Shown in pieces: positions 23,343-32,515 of a stretch of DNA of 64,000 nt; within the stretch, counting starts at the first letter, position 1; every line of letters starts with the position of its first letter. The stretch comes from a virus (lineage: Duplodnaviria; Heunggongvirae; Uroviricota; Caudoviricetes). The stretch is from IMG/VR virus record IMGVR_UViG_3300014204_000001, positions 74,011 to 138,010 of that record; one strand, 5' to 3'. A program made the translations under genes and the position numbers. The notes beneath the pieces are model-generated. The model did not search any database, was not told where the DNA came from, and was given only the letters and a program-made list of their open reading frames with translations.

Positions 23343-23548
23343 ACACGTACGAAGTGGAATTCGTGGAAGTGGTCCGTTACCGCGTAAAGTTCAAGTCGAA
23401 GAAGCTGTTCGACGAGCACACGTTCGACCCCGAAACGGGAGTCGAAACTTGGTTCACCGAGATGAACGAGGCAGCTCCCGGCTGGTCTCACAAGAACCTT
23501 CTTGAGGTAGAGGAGCGCGGCGTGATGCTCCTCAAGAAGGTTCGGTAA
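23297..23548 (+). CDS. hypothetical protein (83 aa)
   Basis: AGGAGCCGG RBS; overlaps upstream by 46 nt. Confidence 0.45.
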   Translation: MAKGRQEGKDQDRDVNTYEVEFVEVVRYRVKFKSKKLFDEHTFDPETGVETWFTEMNEAAPGWSHKNLLEVEERGVMLLKKVR

Positions 23549-23571
23549 CCTCTCTATGACTTGGAGATACA

Positions 23572-23949
23572 GTGTTCCAAGACAAGCTCCACGCGGCCCT
23601 CATGAAATCCTCTGTTAATCTCAGCGCCCGCAGCATCGAGAAGCTCACGAAAGAGCTCAATACGCTGGTAACGGAAGAGATTCTGGAGTCCCAGAACACG
23701 TATGCCTCGACGCGGATAGCTCGGGTGATCCTGGCATACAAGACTCCTGAGAGCGTCTGCAATAGCAAAGGCGCCTTCGACTTCCGGATCACCCAATCGG
23801 AAATCGCCGACGCCGTTGGTGTGAGCCGTACGTACGTGAGTACGATCATCAACGAATGGAAGCGGGAGGAGATCCTGCGAGGCTATGGAAGGACGATCTG
23901 TGTCCTCGACGAGAAGCGGCTCTGTGAAATCGCCAATGGCCAACCTTAA
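23572..23949 (+). CDS. HTH transcriptional regulator (Crp/FNR-type C-terminal helix-turn-helix)
   Basis: ITQSEIADAVGVSRTYVSTIINEWKREEIL. Confidence 0.6.
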   Translation: MFQDKLHAALMKSSVNLSARSIEKLTKELNTLVTEEILESQNTYASTRIARVILAYKTPESVCNSKGAFDFRITQSEIADAVGVSRTYVSTIINEWKREEILRGYGRTICVLDEKRLCEIANGQP

Positions 23950-24109
23950 TCTGCTCACGCGCCGGCAGCTCGAAGACCTGTTCGAGCATTACGGTTTCGC
24001 TGTTTATGCTCACGAGTCTACCGAAATGCTGCGTGCGTCGCTCCGGGTGAACATCGAGGATGGAACCATCCCCGAGGAAGAAGTCGAAGAATGTCTGTCT
24101 TCAAGGTAG
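23936..24109 (+). CDS. hypothetical small protein (57 aa)
   Basis: MANLNLLTRRQLEDLFEHYGF; overlaps HTH gene stop. Confidence 0.45.
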   Translation: MANLNLLTRRQLEDLFEHYGFAVYAHESTEMLRASLRVNIEDGTIPEEEVEECLSSR

Positions 24110-24279
24110 AGATCAACACAGATAACGCCGCATTCGAAAACGACAACTGTCTACCTGAAGTAGTGCGAATCCTGCGCCAGCTCGCAGACAAGATCGAGAA
24201 GCATAGATTCCTCGATGGCCACTACCTGCGAGATGTGAACGGCAACACTGTGGGCTCGACATCCTGGGACGCAGAGTAG
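24091..24279 (+). CDS. hypothetical small protein (62 aa)
   Basis: ORF track. Confidence 0.45.
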   Translation: MSVFKVEINTDNAAFENDNCLPEVVRILRQLADKIEKHRFLDGHYLRDVNGNTVGSTSWDAE

Positions 24280-24377
24280 GCGACGGAATCGCCCAGTTCT
24301 TTGATGCGGCTCTCGCGTCATACGCGAGGGTATGGTCGCCTAGTGGCCACTCGAATGGTTACGCCTTTGCGTGCTTC

Positions 24378-24779
24378 ATGCGGGACGGCCACCAAGTTGA
24401 CCAGACTCAGGCAGTACATGCTATATCGCTCAGCTTGTCGCTGTACGGTACCAAGGCACCAGACTATATGATCACGTACCGCATCGCCATCTCGCGTTGG
24501 ATCGATGGCGGGCGTACTGCGTTGCGGTCGATAGAGAGTCCTGTGGCAACCCTTCTCGAAATAGATGGGTTGTTACGAGGCTCACTTGCCAGCACATGGG
24601 AGGCTGCGGACCAAGGCCTCGTCGACTGTGCGCAATGTCACTGTACAATGGCCCGGGACAGGGTCGCTGGCAAACACTTCGCCGGTGTGTTTTGCGCCGG
24701 TTGTTGGGCGAAGTACAAAGAGGATAACAGCACGCGCTGCCTCCAGTGCGGGTCCCCGCACTACTCCTGCGTGTGCTAA
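24378..24779 (+). CDS. hypothetical Cys-rich protein (133 aa)
   Basis: CAQCHC...CAGC...CLQCGSPHYSCVC. Confidence 0.5.
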   Translation: MRDGHQVDQTQAVHAISLSLSLYGTKAPDYMITYRIAISRWIDGGRTALRSIESPVATLLEIDGLLRGSLASTWEAADQGLVDCAQCHCTMARDRVAGKHFAGVFCAGCWAKYKEDNSTRCLQCGSPHYSCVC

Positions 24780-24784
24780 AAAGC

Positions 24785-24824
24785 CCAAACACAGCCCGGC
24801 CTACCCAGGTCGGGCTGTGTTTGG
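24785..24824 (+). terminator. 14-bp hairpin (possible terminator or RNA stabiliser; no T-run)
   Basis: ccaaacacagcccg...cgggctgtgtttgg. Confidence 0.4.
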
Positions 24825-24833
24825 CCTCCAGAG

Positions 24834-24842
24834 TGGTATAAG
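24834..24842 (+). promoter_or_regulatory. GGTATAAGG promoter-like motif (instance 5)
   Basis: 29 nt upstream of ATG 24871. Confidence 0.5.
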
Positions 24843-24870
24843 GAATAGGGCCTACCACGGAGGTAAACGC

Positions 24871-25203
24871 ATGTTCGATTATTCGAAAGAAACGCTACCT
24901 ACCTGGATAACCGATACACCGGGATGTCGAAACCTAGTCGACGCGGTCACCACCGTACTTTACGAGCTCGTTACGATGGGCGTGACACACCAGTTTCTCG
25001 TGGAAAACGAGCCACGATTTGTGCGCAAACTGATTTTCACGATCATCATTGAACGGGATGAACTCCTCCTGCCTGTTAAAGAGTTCCTGGAAGCGACTCA
25101 AGCCTGGCCCGCCGAACAGAAGGACCACCTGATCTCCGAGATACTGACCGCGATGCCGAAGTGGTCAGAGGCGTACGCCATCCACGGGAAGAGCACTCGG
25201 TGA
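24871..25203 (+). CDS. hypothetical protein (110 aa)
   Basis: ACGGAGG RBS. Confidence 0.55.
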   Translation: MFDYSKETLPTWITDTPGCRNLVDAVTTVLYELVTMGVTHQFLVENEPRFVRKLIFTIIIERDELLLPVKEFLEATQAWPAEQKDHLISEILTAMPKWSEAYAIHGKSTR

Positions 25204-25703
25204 TCCGACTCGTTCTCGGAGACGTCCTCACGGCGAAGACTGACGCGCTCCTGGTCGCGATGGACGGAGATGCTGAAGGCATGGAGGGCAACATCGGACG
25301 TCAACTTCAGCGGAAGATCGGCGAGGAGGCGTGGGAAGACTTGATGGCCCAGTTGATCTTTCCGATGGGTGCTGGCACAGCGCAGATTGCGGAATTCGAG
25401 GGCGTCGCGGAAGTTCAATTCAAGTTCGCCGTATTCGCTGCAGCATTCCTACACGCCACCAATGAAGGAGCGTCGAGCACTCTCAAGGCATCATTAGACC
25501 AATCTCTCAAGCGGGCGCGCGGAGCCGGAGCAAGAAGCATCGCCACTGCGGTACTTACAGGAGGCTGGCGTGTGAACAAAGAGCGTGCAATCGCGCACCT
25601 CGTTGACGTCAGTGATTCCTGTGGCTTGGAGGTTGAGGTGTATTCGCGGGCAAAAGAATACGCCGAGACCCAGAGCTTGTTCCAGGCCTTCGGCGTGAGG
25701 TGA
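25200..25703 (+). CDS. macro-domain-like (ADP-ribose binding/processing) protein
   Basis: GDVLTAKTDALLVAMDG ... SIATAVLTGGWRVNKERAIAHLV resembles macro motifs; GTGA start overlap. Confidence 0.45.
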   Translation: MIRLVLGDVLTAKTDALLVAMDGDAEGMEGNIGRQLQRKIGEEAWEDLMAQLIFPMGAGTAQIAEFEGVAEVQFKFAVFAAAFLHATNEGASSTLKASLDQSLKRARGAGARSIATAVLTGGWRVNKERAIAHLVDVSDSCGLEVEVYSRAKEYAETQSLFQAFGVR

Positions 25704-25708
25704 TCTGC

Positions 25709-25738
25709 CTTGTGGCGGGGGGCCTAACGGCCCCCTGC
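25709..25738. terminator. GC-rich hairpin between convergent genes
   Basis: gcggggggcc taac ggccccctgcc. Confidence 0.4.
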
Positions 25739-26446
25739 CCTGAAGTTTTCGTAATTTTCAAGGAAGGTCTCGATGTCGTCCTCAGACCCTCCGCGCAAGC
25801 CGGCGCCAAATGTAGTGGGCTTACCGCGACGCGTGTGAAGCGCCATGAGCTCTTGGCGCGTGGGCTCTTGTACGAATGCTGGATCACGGAAACCTTGCCG
25901 AACAGCATCTCGCGCAGTCTGCTCAGCTTCAGCGCGATGAAAAATAGCCGGATCGATACGGCGCAACCGCCGCTCCCGAATAACCTGCTCATTGGCAGCC
26001 ACTACATCGGACGGTGCCACCAGAGAGCTGCGAGCTGGGACTTTCAGGTTCGCCAGGGGGTCGCCCTCTGCGTGATTGAATACAAGCATGTGCCGACGCA
26101 TCGGGTGCGTAGGGTGTGGATCTACAGGTTCTCGGTGCGCCGGTAGCTGGTCTCGGCGCATCGCGAAACCGGTAGCTTCTGGGCCCCGCATGTAGGTCAT
26201 GCGCGGGCGATCTTTCCAGAGGTAAACACCGCTCCCATGCGCTGCAAGTTGAGGCCACAAACCTTCATTCAGTATGCCTCGAACCGATTGGGCGACAGGA
26301 CGATCCTTAGGGAGAACACCGTGGAACAGGTTATCGCCTCCACGCAGGAGCTCCCGCGCACGACGATACTGCTTTACAGCAGTAGGTACATTCGCCAACT
26401 TCTCAAGCGCCGCGGCGCAGCCAGCTTCATAGGCAATACTGCACAT
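25724..26446 (-). CDS. hypothetical protein (240 aa)
   Basis: TAATG overlap with RyR gene stop. Confidence 0.5.
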   Translation of the reverse strand: MCSIAYEAGCAAALEKLANVPTAVKQYRRARELLRGGDNLFHGVLPKDRPVAQSVRGILNEGLWPQLAAHGSGVYLWKDRPRMTYMRGPEATGFAMRRDQLPAHREPVDPHPTHPMRRHMLVFNHAEGDPLANLKVPARSSLVAPSDVVAANEQVIRERRLRRIDPAIFHRAEAEQTARDAVRQGFRDPAFVQEPTRQELMALHTRRGKPTTFGAGLRGGSEDDIETFLENYENFRAGGR

Positions 26447-26832
26447 TAGCTCTCCGGAGGCCATACAGTACGAAGTGCTCGGTATGTACGAAGGACGGCC
26501 TCATCCTTCTTACGCTCATACTCGGGCAGTTCTTCGTAGGACACCAGACACGGGTGTTCTTTTTTGGCCGCGTCCTTAACAGAACCATACTTCCAGCCAT
26601 CTCGGAGCTTGTGACTCACCCACGCCACGTGCGAAGCTGCGCACAGCTTGTCGAAGGGCGTGGCTTCAATGTCCAGTTCATCCCAGAAGCGGATGGAATG
26701 GCACGTAGCCGACTTCTGCCACTCTGGAGCTGTCTGCCAGGGCAGGCCGGGCTCACCGAGCCCGATCACGACATAAGCGTACCACGCTTGGTGGCACGCG
26801 GCGGCCAGGAGCTCTGTGCGGTCGGGGATCAT
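26446..26832 (-). CDS. RyR-domain protein (128 aa)
   Basis: DGWKYGSVKDAAKKEHPCLVSYEELPEYERKKDEAVLRTY matches RyR (PF02026) consensus GWxYGxxRDxxxRxHPCLVxxxELPExEKxxDR. Confidence 0.6.
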   Translation of the reverse strand: MIPDRTELLAAACHQAWYAYVVIGLGEPGLPWQTAPEWQKSATCHSIRFWDELDIEATPFDKLCAASHVAWVSHKLRDGWKYGSVKDAAKKEHPCLVSYEELPEYERKKDEAVLRTYRALRTVWPPES

Positions 26833-27683
26833 GGTGCCCGCATGGCGCTGAAGCGCGCAGGTTCTGTCTCAGTTCCCGGCAGCTGTGCTCGAGGTACTTG
26901 AGGTAAAGGCGGTGTACGCGGGGCCGACTTGGCGCGGATGCGGTTTTCCAGCGCGCGCACAGCTGGGGTGTACTCCGGACCTGGTTGCGCCTGATTGGGG
27001 TACAGCTTGAAGCCCTCCTCGGTAAGCATGGGTCGCCACTCAGGGATCTTCATGTTGTGCCGCAGCCCGTTGGACGCGATCTCGTTCTTCTTAAAGGGTA
27101 AGTAATCGACGATCTTCGGCTTGCCGCCACCTTCGGGCATCACCATGTTCTCTGGCTTGGTATCGAGCATGGTGAATCCCTGTGCACGGGCGGCTCGCTC
27201 ACCATCAACCTTGGACTGCATATACTTCTCAGCAGTTCGCTGATCAGCCTTGATGGCAGTGCCTGACAGCGTCTTGCCGGGAACAAACTCATACTTGTGA
27301 GTAAGTGAACCCTTGGGTCCCTGCGACTCGCCAAGAAACTGGGCAAATGCGGGGTTGTCCTGGTTGGCGGCACCCATCTGTGCGCGCCGCTTCCAGATCT
27401 CAGGAGAGTCCGCATCACCGCCGGGCCGAGACTGTTTCCAAATCTGCGCACGCGCCTGACCGCCGTGAGGCGCTGCCATGAGGCTAACGTTGGACTCGCC
27501 GCCACCCTTAAGGTCTGTAAGCTTCACAGGCCGGCTGGTAGGTGCGAACGAGGCCTCTGCGGCACGCGCAGCCAGGTTGAGCTTGCCCGAATTGGCCCAG
27601 TTACGAGCCATCGCACGACCCCTCGAGGCGAACTTTTCAAGGGCTGCATCAACGCCGAGAGCATACAAATCTGAGGTAGACAT
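26829..27683 (-). CDS. hypothetical protein (284 aa)
   Basis: ATGA overlap with RyR gene; first gene of a 3-gene minus-strand operon. Confidence 0.5.
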   Translation of the reverse strand: MSTSDLYALGVDAALEKFASRGRAMARNWANSGKLNLAARAAEASFAPTSRPVKLTDLKGGGESNVSLMAAPHGGQARAQIWKQSRPGGDADSPEIWKRRAQMGAANQDNPAFAQFLGESQGPKGSLTHKYEFVPGKTLSGTAIKADQRTAEKYMQSKVDGERAARAQGFTMLDTKPENMVMPEGGGKPKIVDYLPFKKNEIASNGLRHNMKIPEWRPMLTEEGFKLYPNQAQPGPEYTPAVRALENRIRAKSAPRTPPLPQVPRAQLPGTETEPARFSAMRAP

Positions 27684-27704
27684 GGCACAAGTCTAGGACA
27701 AACG

Positions 27705-27713
27705 CGGTATAAG
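27705..27713 (+). promoter_or_regulatory. GGTATAAGG promoter-like motif (instance 6)
   Basis: 23 nt upstream of ATG 27736. Confidence 0.45.
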
Positions 27714-27735
27714 GTACAATCTCAGGAGGTCTGCT

Positions 27736-27930
27736 ATGGCGGTCATCACGCCCGGCATCACAGCAGGCGTTGTAGTCTACGATCAGCTGAACCTTTATAG
27801 TGTCATGCCCTGCGTAGACTTCCTGGAGCATATCTGGGAGCCCTACGTCAAGGAACACGGAATCCCTGAGTTCGGAAAGATCCCGCCGGAGTGGTGGGCA
27901 CTCTGTGGTGCGGACTCTACTCCGCATTGA
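27736..27930 (+). CDS. hypothetical protein (64 aa)
   Basis: CAGGAGG RBS. Confidence 0.5.
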   Translation: MAVITPGITAGVVVYDQLNLYSVMPCVDFLEHIWEPYVKEHGIPEFGKIPPEWWALCGADSTPH

Positions 27931-27944
27931 TATGGAGAAAGAGC

Positions 27945-28259
27945 ATGTCGCGGAAGATCAAGGTCCTTGTGGTACCCGTAGGCAAGGCCCCCGAGGTTCG
28001 GGAGATCGAGGCTACCCTTGAAGACATGCAGGAGATCGTTGGTGGTTACATTGAGGCGCATCCGCTGGAAGGGTATGTCGACCTTATCTGCAATGAGGAG
28101 GGGTGGCTACGCCACCTACCCGTCAATCGACTAGTCCCATCGGTAGACAAGATCTGCGGTGACTTCTTTGTTGCACGGCGCGACAAAGACGGCGACAACG
28201 TCTCACTCACGGACGCGGATATCGCCAAGTACAGCCAGAAGTTCAGTGCGCTTGCATAG
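27945..28259 (+). CDS. hypothetical protein (104 aa)
   Basis: GGAGAAAGAG RBS then ATG. Confidence 0.5.
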   Translation: MSRKIKVLVVPVGKAPEVREIEATLEDMQEIVGGYIEAHPLEGYVDLICNEEGWLRHLPVNRLVPSVDKICGDFFVARRDKDGDNVSLTDADIAKYSQKFSALA

Positions 28260-28288
28260 AGGCGAGCTGTCGCTTAAGCTCCTCGCAA

Positions 28289-28498
28289 ATGAGTGAGGAG
28301 CCGCCAATCAAGAAGCGGGTTTTCCTGCACGGGCAGTGGGTGGAAGTCACTGTACTTCCGCCCATGCCTGCGCCGGAACCCAGTACAACTGTAGCCATTA
28401 CCGGCAAGGCACACCTGGCCTCGGTTGATACGACGGCCTTCGATACCCCGGTGACACACCGTGATCGACATAAGCCTCCAAAGTCAACCCTCCACTGA
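28289..28498 (+). CDS. hypothetical protein (69 aa)
   Basis: ORF track; weak RBS. Confidence 0.4.
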   Translation: MSEEPPIKKRVFLHGQWVEVTVLPPMPAPEPSTTVAITGKAHLASVDTTAFDTPVTHRDRHKPPKSTLH

Positions 28499-28664
28499 GC
28501 ACATCTTTTTTGTGTCTTTGCGCTTCGTGCGAGAACTCTGCTCGAACCGTGCAATCCTGGCACTGTACGTGGATGACTCGGATACCGCGGAGATCTACGA
28601 GACGCTGACGAAGCTCGTAGAGGACCTTGATGTTGATATGAAGGCACGGCTGTTTACGCGGTAA
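28461..28664 (+). CDS. hypothetical protein (67 aa)
   Basis: ORF track; 38-nt overlap with upstream. Confidence 0.35.
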   Translation: MIDISLQSQPSTEHIFFVSLRFVRELCSNRAILALYVDDSDTAEIYETLTKLVEDLDVDMKARLFTR

Positions 28665-28666
28665 AC

Positions 28667-28675
28667 GGGTATAAG
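28667..28675 (+). promoter_or_regulatory. GGGTATAAG promoter-like motif (instance 7)
   Basis: 40 nt upstream of GTG 28715. Confidence 0.45.
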
Positions 28676-28714
28676 GAGTGTGCCACCATTTGATCAACTC
28701 ACAGGAGGTAGTAC

Positions 28715-28948
28715 GTGACCGCGCTTTCGAAAAAGGGGTGGCGGCTACAGAAAGCGTTCAAGGAACTTGAGGAGTGGAGTTCGTGGGTGGGCCGCTCGGC
28801 TGAGAAGTTCGTACGAGAGCTCGATGCGAACCCGCCTGAAAACGCGAACATCCGGAAAGGTCTGCACGACCTCCAAAAATTGGTACAGAAGCTCGACAAA
28901 GATCTAAAGGGGGCGGGCGGACGTAAACACCGGAGAAAGGCAATCTAA
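28715..28948 (+). CDS. hypothetical basic protein (77 aa)
   Basis: CAGGAGG RBS then GTG. Confidence 0.5.
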   Translation: MTALSKKGWRLQKAFKELEEWSSWVGRSAEKFVRELDANPPENANIRKGLHDLQKLVQKLDKDLKGAGGRKHRRKAI

Positions 28949-28952
28949 GTAC

Positions 28953-29372
28953 ATGGCCCAGAGGCTCTCTGGCACATTGCGAATCACGGTGAAATACGTG
29001 GGGGAGGGGCGCTACGCGGGCAATATTCGCGCTCCTGTGATGGGCAAATGGCGATTCAGCGAGCTGACTATCGCACGGCCGCACGGTGATTGGTGTTCCC
29101 ATGAAATGTATGACCGCGCGGCCGCTGTAGCGATTCATCAAGCAACGATAGTACCGGAGCTGGTGATCGCGCACATTGTGCGAAGCGGGCGGGAGACCTA
29201 CCCCAAGGTGGTGTTGGGTGACGTGCGTCCGAACATCTCGGATGTATACATCGCATCGGACAATACCGTGGTCTTCCGTAATCAGCGAGCACAGCGTGAG
29301 TATCACGCAGCTTTGGAGCTGCTGGTGCAGCGTCCGCGCTTACGCCTGGTACACGGCGGACTCACGGGTTGA
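28953..29372 (+). CDS. hypothetical protein (139 aa)
   Basis: ORF track. Confidence 0.55.
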   Translation: MAQRLSGTLRITVKYVGEGRYAGNIRAPVMGKWRFSELTIARPHGDWCSHEMYDRAAAVAIHQATIVPELVIAHIVRSGRETYPKVVLGDVRPNISDVYIASDNTVVFRNQRAQREYHAALELLVQRPRLRLVHGGLTG

Positions 29373-29383
29373 CGTTGATTGAA

Positions 29384-29417
29384 TGCCAGAGCGCCGAAAG
29401 GTCTCTGGCATTTTTTA
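29384..29417 (+). terminator. rho-independent terminator
   Basis: tgccagag...ctctggca + T6. Confidence 0.7.
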
Positions 29418-29439
29418 CATTTAGCCTACGGAGCAGTGC

Positions 29440-30174
29440 ATGCTAATTCAGATCGAATCCGACTGGCACCTCGAACTGCACCGCGATAACGGGCGGAACC
29501 TCATCGCAGCACTGGATCCTGCGGGCGTCGACGTACTGGTGTTGGCGGGAGATATCATCTCGGGCCAACGTATGCATCTGATCGAGTACGTATTCAACTT
29601 GTTGACGCTGAAGTATGCGAACGCACATATAGTCTACGTCCCTGGGAATCACGAGTTTTGGAACGGCGAACCTGAGAGCGTGTGGGCTCGTCTCAAGGAG
29701 GTCGAGGCACAGCACCCTGCGCAACTGCATTTCCTACGCAACGAGGTCTTCCCCATCGACGGGAGGAAAATCCTTGGTGGGACGATGTGGTTTCCAAAAA
29801 GGACTTTAGGCAGGGAAATGCTTATGCCAGACTTCGAGCTGATCGCAGGTTTCTGTCCCTGGGTCTACGACGAACACCGGCGCTTCGTCAATATGCTCGA
29901 GAAGAACCTTGGTGAAGGTGACATCGTGCTCACGCACCACATGCCCTCGCCGATGAGCATAGCGCCACGCTTCCAGCAATCGCGGGTCACGGAGTTCTTC
30001 GTGGCGAACCAGGAGGAGCATATCCTGGCACGCAAACCCGCGCTCTGGGTCCACGGTCATACGCACGACACCTTCGACTACACGCTAGGCAGCACGCGCG
30101 TGATCTGCAACCCGTACGGCTATCCGCGCGAGAATTGTCACGATAAACCAAACCGAACCCTTGTGGAGGTCTGA
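29440..30174 (+). CDS. calcineurin-like metallophosphoesterase
   Basis: LAGDIISG, VPGNHEF, LTHHMP, VHGHTHD motif series. Confidence 0.7.
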   Translation: MLIQIESDWHLELHRDNGRNLIAALDPAGVDVLVLAGDIISGQRMHLIEYVFNLLTLKYANAHIVYVPGNHEFWNGEPESVWARLKEVEAQHPAQLHFLRNEVFPIDGRKILGGTMWFPKRTLGREMLMPDFELIAGFCPWVYDEHRRFVNMLEKNLGEGDIVLTHHMPSPMSIAPRFQQSRVTEFFVANQEEHILARKPALWVHGHTHDTFDYTLGSTRVICNPYGYPRENCHDKPNRTLVEV

Positions 30175-30217
30175 AAAACAGGGAATAACGCGGTATCAGA
30201 AGAGTCGTACTCACCCC

Positions 30218-30252
30218 AGGCCTGGTCTCGTGTGAGGCCAGGTTTCTTTTTG
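30218..30252 (+). terminator. rho-independent terminator
   Basis: cctggtctc gtgt gaggccagg + tttcttttt. Confidence 0.65.
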
Positions 30253-30260
30253 GAGACACA

Positions 30261-30905
30261 GTGAACAAGGTTACGTTTTACGAGGCGCAGGGATTCGTCG
30301 ACTACGTCAAGCGGCACAGTCAGGCACTGGAGAGCGGTCCGTTCGAGATCTTTCAAACCGTGGACGTCAAACGGCAGTATCTCTACGGCCAATGCCATGG
30401 TCGCAACGACGTGGAGGTCATTTCGGATACCTACCAGGCCTACGTGAAGGTGCTGGGCGAGGTGATTGCTGCCGTCTACAGCACGAAGCCGGGAGCTCCG
30501 AGGGGCTGGGAGCACGCCTCGGACAAGCGCCTGATGCGCGCTGAAACCCGTAAGACTGAGGCAGTCGATATCCTCGTGAGTCTAGGGGTCAAGCCGGCAG
30601 CATTGGCGCCCCTGAAAAAGGTGGCGCTCGGCGAGCTGCAGCAGTTGATTGACAACTCGTCGGAAGACGAAACGACGGTCATCGACGACAAGCGGCTGAT
30701 CAGCAAGCGCAAGAAGAACCAGCTGGTGTTCCCGACCAACGGCCAGGATGGCATTGACGAGACCATGCTTACCCTGACCCGCGACGGATCGCGCATCCAG
30801 TACAACTTCTCCGTCGACTGGGCCAAGGAGTGGGCCGCGCGCGAGGAGGACGCTCAGAACATCATCCACAAGGCTGGCTTCATCATCTACAAGGGAAACT
30901 TCTAA
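30261..30905 (+). CDS. hypothetical protein (214 aa, GTG start)
   Basis: ORF track. Confidence 0.5.
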   Translation: MNKVTFYEAQGFVDYVKRHSQALESGPFEIFQTVDVKRQYLYGQCHGRNDVEVISDTYQAYVKVLGEVIAAVYSTKPGAPRGWEHASDKRLMRAETRKTEAVDILVSLGVKPAALAPLKKVALGELQQLIDNSSEDETTVIDDKRLISKRKKNQLVFPTNGQDGIDETMLTLTRDGSRIQYNFSVDWAKEWAAREEDAQNIIHKAGFIIYKGNF

Positions 30906-30956
30906 TTCCCTTGACGGAGTGTAGAGCCCCTTGATACACACCTTGCTACAGGAGAA

Positions 30957-31271
30957 ATGCACATGATCGATACCGAAACCGCCGACAACGTCATCCCCCT
31001 CGACACCCAGGTCGAGGCCAAGAAGGCGCCCAAGAAGAAGGCGCCCAAGAAGAAGGCGAAGGCCGAGAAGAAGGCCGAGAAGAAGCCGAAGGCCGAGAAG
31101 GTGGCCAAGCCTGCGGCCAAGCGCGTCGCTGGCATGAAGGCTCAGGGGCAGGTTCCCAAGGCTGCCTTCGATGCCATGCTGAAACACTGCAACACACAGG
31201 GCCTCAAGGCAGCGGACTATGTCCGCGATGCAGTGATTGCACAGCTGAAGCACGACAAGCTCTGGACCTGA
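30957..31271 (+). CDS. Lys/Ala-rich histone-H1-like basic protein (104 aa)
   Basis: AKKAPKKKAPKKKAKAEKKAEKKPKAEKVAKPAAK from 15-bp tandem units; globular C-terminal domain. Confidence 0.55.
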   Translation: MHMIDTETADNVIPLDTQVEAKKAPKKKAPKKKAKAEKKAEKKPKAEKVAKPAAKRVAGMKAQGQVPKAAFDAMLKHCNTQGLKAADYVRDAVIAQLKHDKLWT

Positions 31272-31341
31272 TCGGGGTCAGCGGCCGCTGAAGTCAATGC
31301 CTGTCGGGCAACCGGCGGGCATTTTTTACGAGGTAAACGCC

Positions 31342-31542
31342 TTGAAGTTGACTCCGTTCACGTTCGCTAGCGCTGTCCTTGCCTCATTCGCGCTAATCGC
31401 CCCCCTAGGGTACCACGTGCCCCGACTGATCAGCGCACAAAGTACTGTACTCGTTCAGGTGGGCCTTTTCCTGATCCTCGCCATAATAATCGCGGTGGGA
31501 TCTTTCGTAGTGCATCTCTACAACCGGGGTAAGAAACAATGA
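31342..31542 (+). CDS. small two-TM membrane protein (~66 aa, TTG start)
   Basis: GAGG RBS 9 nt upstream of TTG; two hydrophobic helices. Confidence 0.4.
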   Translation: MKLTPFTFASAVLASFALIAPLGYHVPRLISAQSTVLVQVGLFLILAIIIAVGSFVVHLYNRGKKQ

Positions 31543-32471
31543 GGAAGTTCTTTTTCATCGGAATTCTCGCCACGCTGATCTTCAGCGGCTGTTCCTGCGA
31601 TACCGTCGAGGCAGGGAATGTCGGCGTCCTCGTCGATCTCTATGGAGGCGCTAAAGGCGTACAGGAGCAGGTCAAGCCCGTTGGGCGTTATTGGACCGGG
31701 ATGGGCCAAAAGCTGTACGTCTTCCCGGTGTTCGAGCAGAACTACACCTGGACCAGGGAGCCCGACGAACACGGCGATACGACGGACGAGTCGATCTCCT
31801 TTCAGACGAAGGAAGGCCTGACGGTCAATGCGGACATCGGTATCACGTACAATATCCCGCCGGATAACGTGGTCAAGGTCTTCCAGAAATATCGGCGTGG
31901 GGTTGAGGAGATCACGGACATCTTCTTGCGAAATCACGTGCGCGATTCCGTCAATACCATCGGCGCTACGATGCCCGTCGAAGCGGTGTATGGCGAAGGT
32001 AAGGCCAAGCTGATGGAGGAGGTCCTCAAGGACGTCCAGAGCGAAGTCGAGCCGCTCGGTATCCACGTGGGCAAAGTCTACCTTATTGGGGCGATTCGCT
32101 TGCCCGATGCGGTGAAGAGCTCGCTCAATGCCAAGGTCGAAGCCACCCAGAAAGCTATGCAGATAGAGAACGAGCTCAAACAGGCGGAGGCGGAGGGACG
32201 TAAGCGAGTCGCGGCGGCAGAAGCGGAGGCCCAGGTAACAATGGCCAATGCTAAGGCCGAGGCCGGCGCACGGCTGGCCAAGGCTGAGGCGGAGGCCAAG
32301 TCCAACGCCTTGCTGAACACGGTGTTGACCACGCAGCTGCTCGAGCTTCGCAGGCTCGAGGTCGAGCGTGCAAGGGTGGAGAAGTGGAACGGCCAGCTCC
32401 CTACCACGATCATGGGCGGAGGAGGCACGCCGATGTTCAACGTCTCGTCGCTGTTGGCTGGCGCGAAGTAA
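31539..32471 (+). CDS. SPFH/Band-7 (HflK/C-like) domain lipoprotein
   Basis: lipobox LIFSGC; SPFH core GVLVDLYGG...; Ala/Glu-rich coiled-coil C-terminus. Confidence 0.6.
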   Translation: MRKFFFIGILATLIFSGCSCDTVEAGNVGVLVDLYGGAKGVQEQVKPVGRYWTGMGQKLYVFPVFEQNYTWTREPDEHGDTTDESISFQTKEGLTVNADIGITYNIPPDNVVKVFQKYRRGVEEITDIFLRNHVRDSVNTIGATMPVEAVYGEGKAKLMEEVLKDVQSEVEPLGIHVGKVYLIGAIRLPDAVKSSLNAKVEATQKAMQIENELKQAEAEGRKRVAAAEAEAQVTMANAKAEAGARLAKAEAEAKSNALLNTVLTTQLLELRRLEVERARVEKWNGQLPTTIMGGGGTPMFNVSSLLAGAK

Positions 32472-32482
32472 CCCCAATCTAT

Positions 32483-32515
32483 GGGCGCCCCTCTTAACGG
32501 AGGGGCGCTTTTTTA
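32483..32515 (+). terminator. rho-independent terminator
   Basis: gggcgcccctc ttaacg gaggggcgc + T6. Confidence 0.7.

Noticed and set aside
31278-31326. Perfect 12-bp palindrome cagcggccgctg and downstream T-run as a terminator
   Set aside because: The palindrome is not directly followed by the T-run and the intervening stem is weak. It was left unannotated, though a regulatory site is possible.
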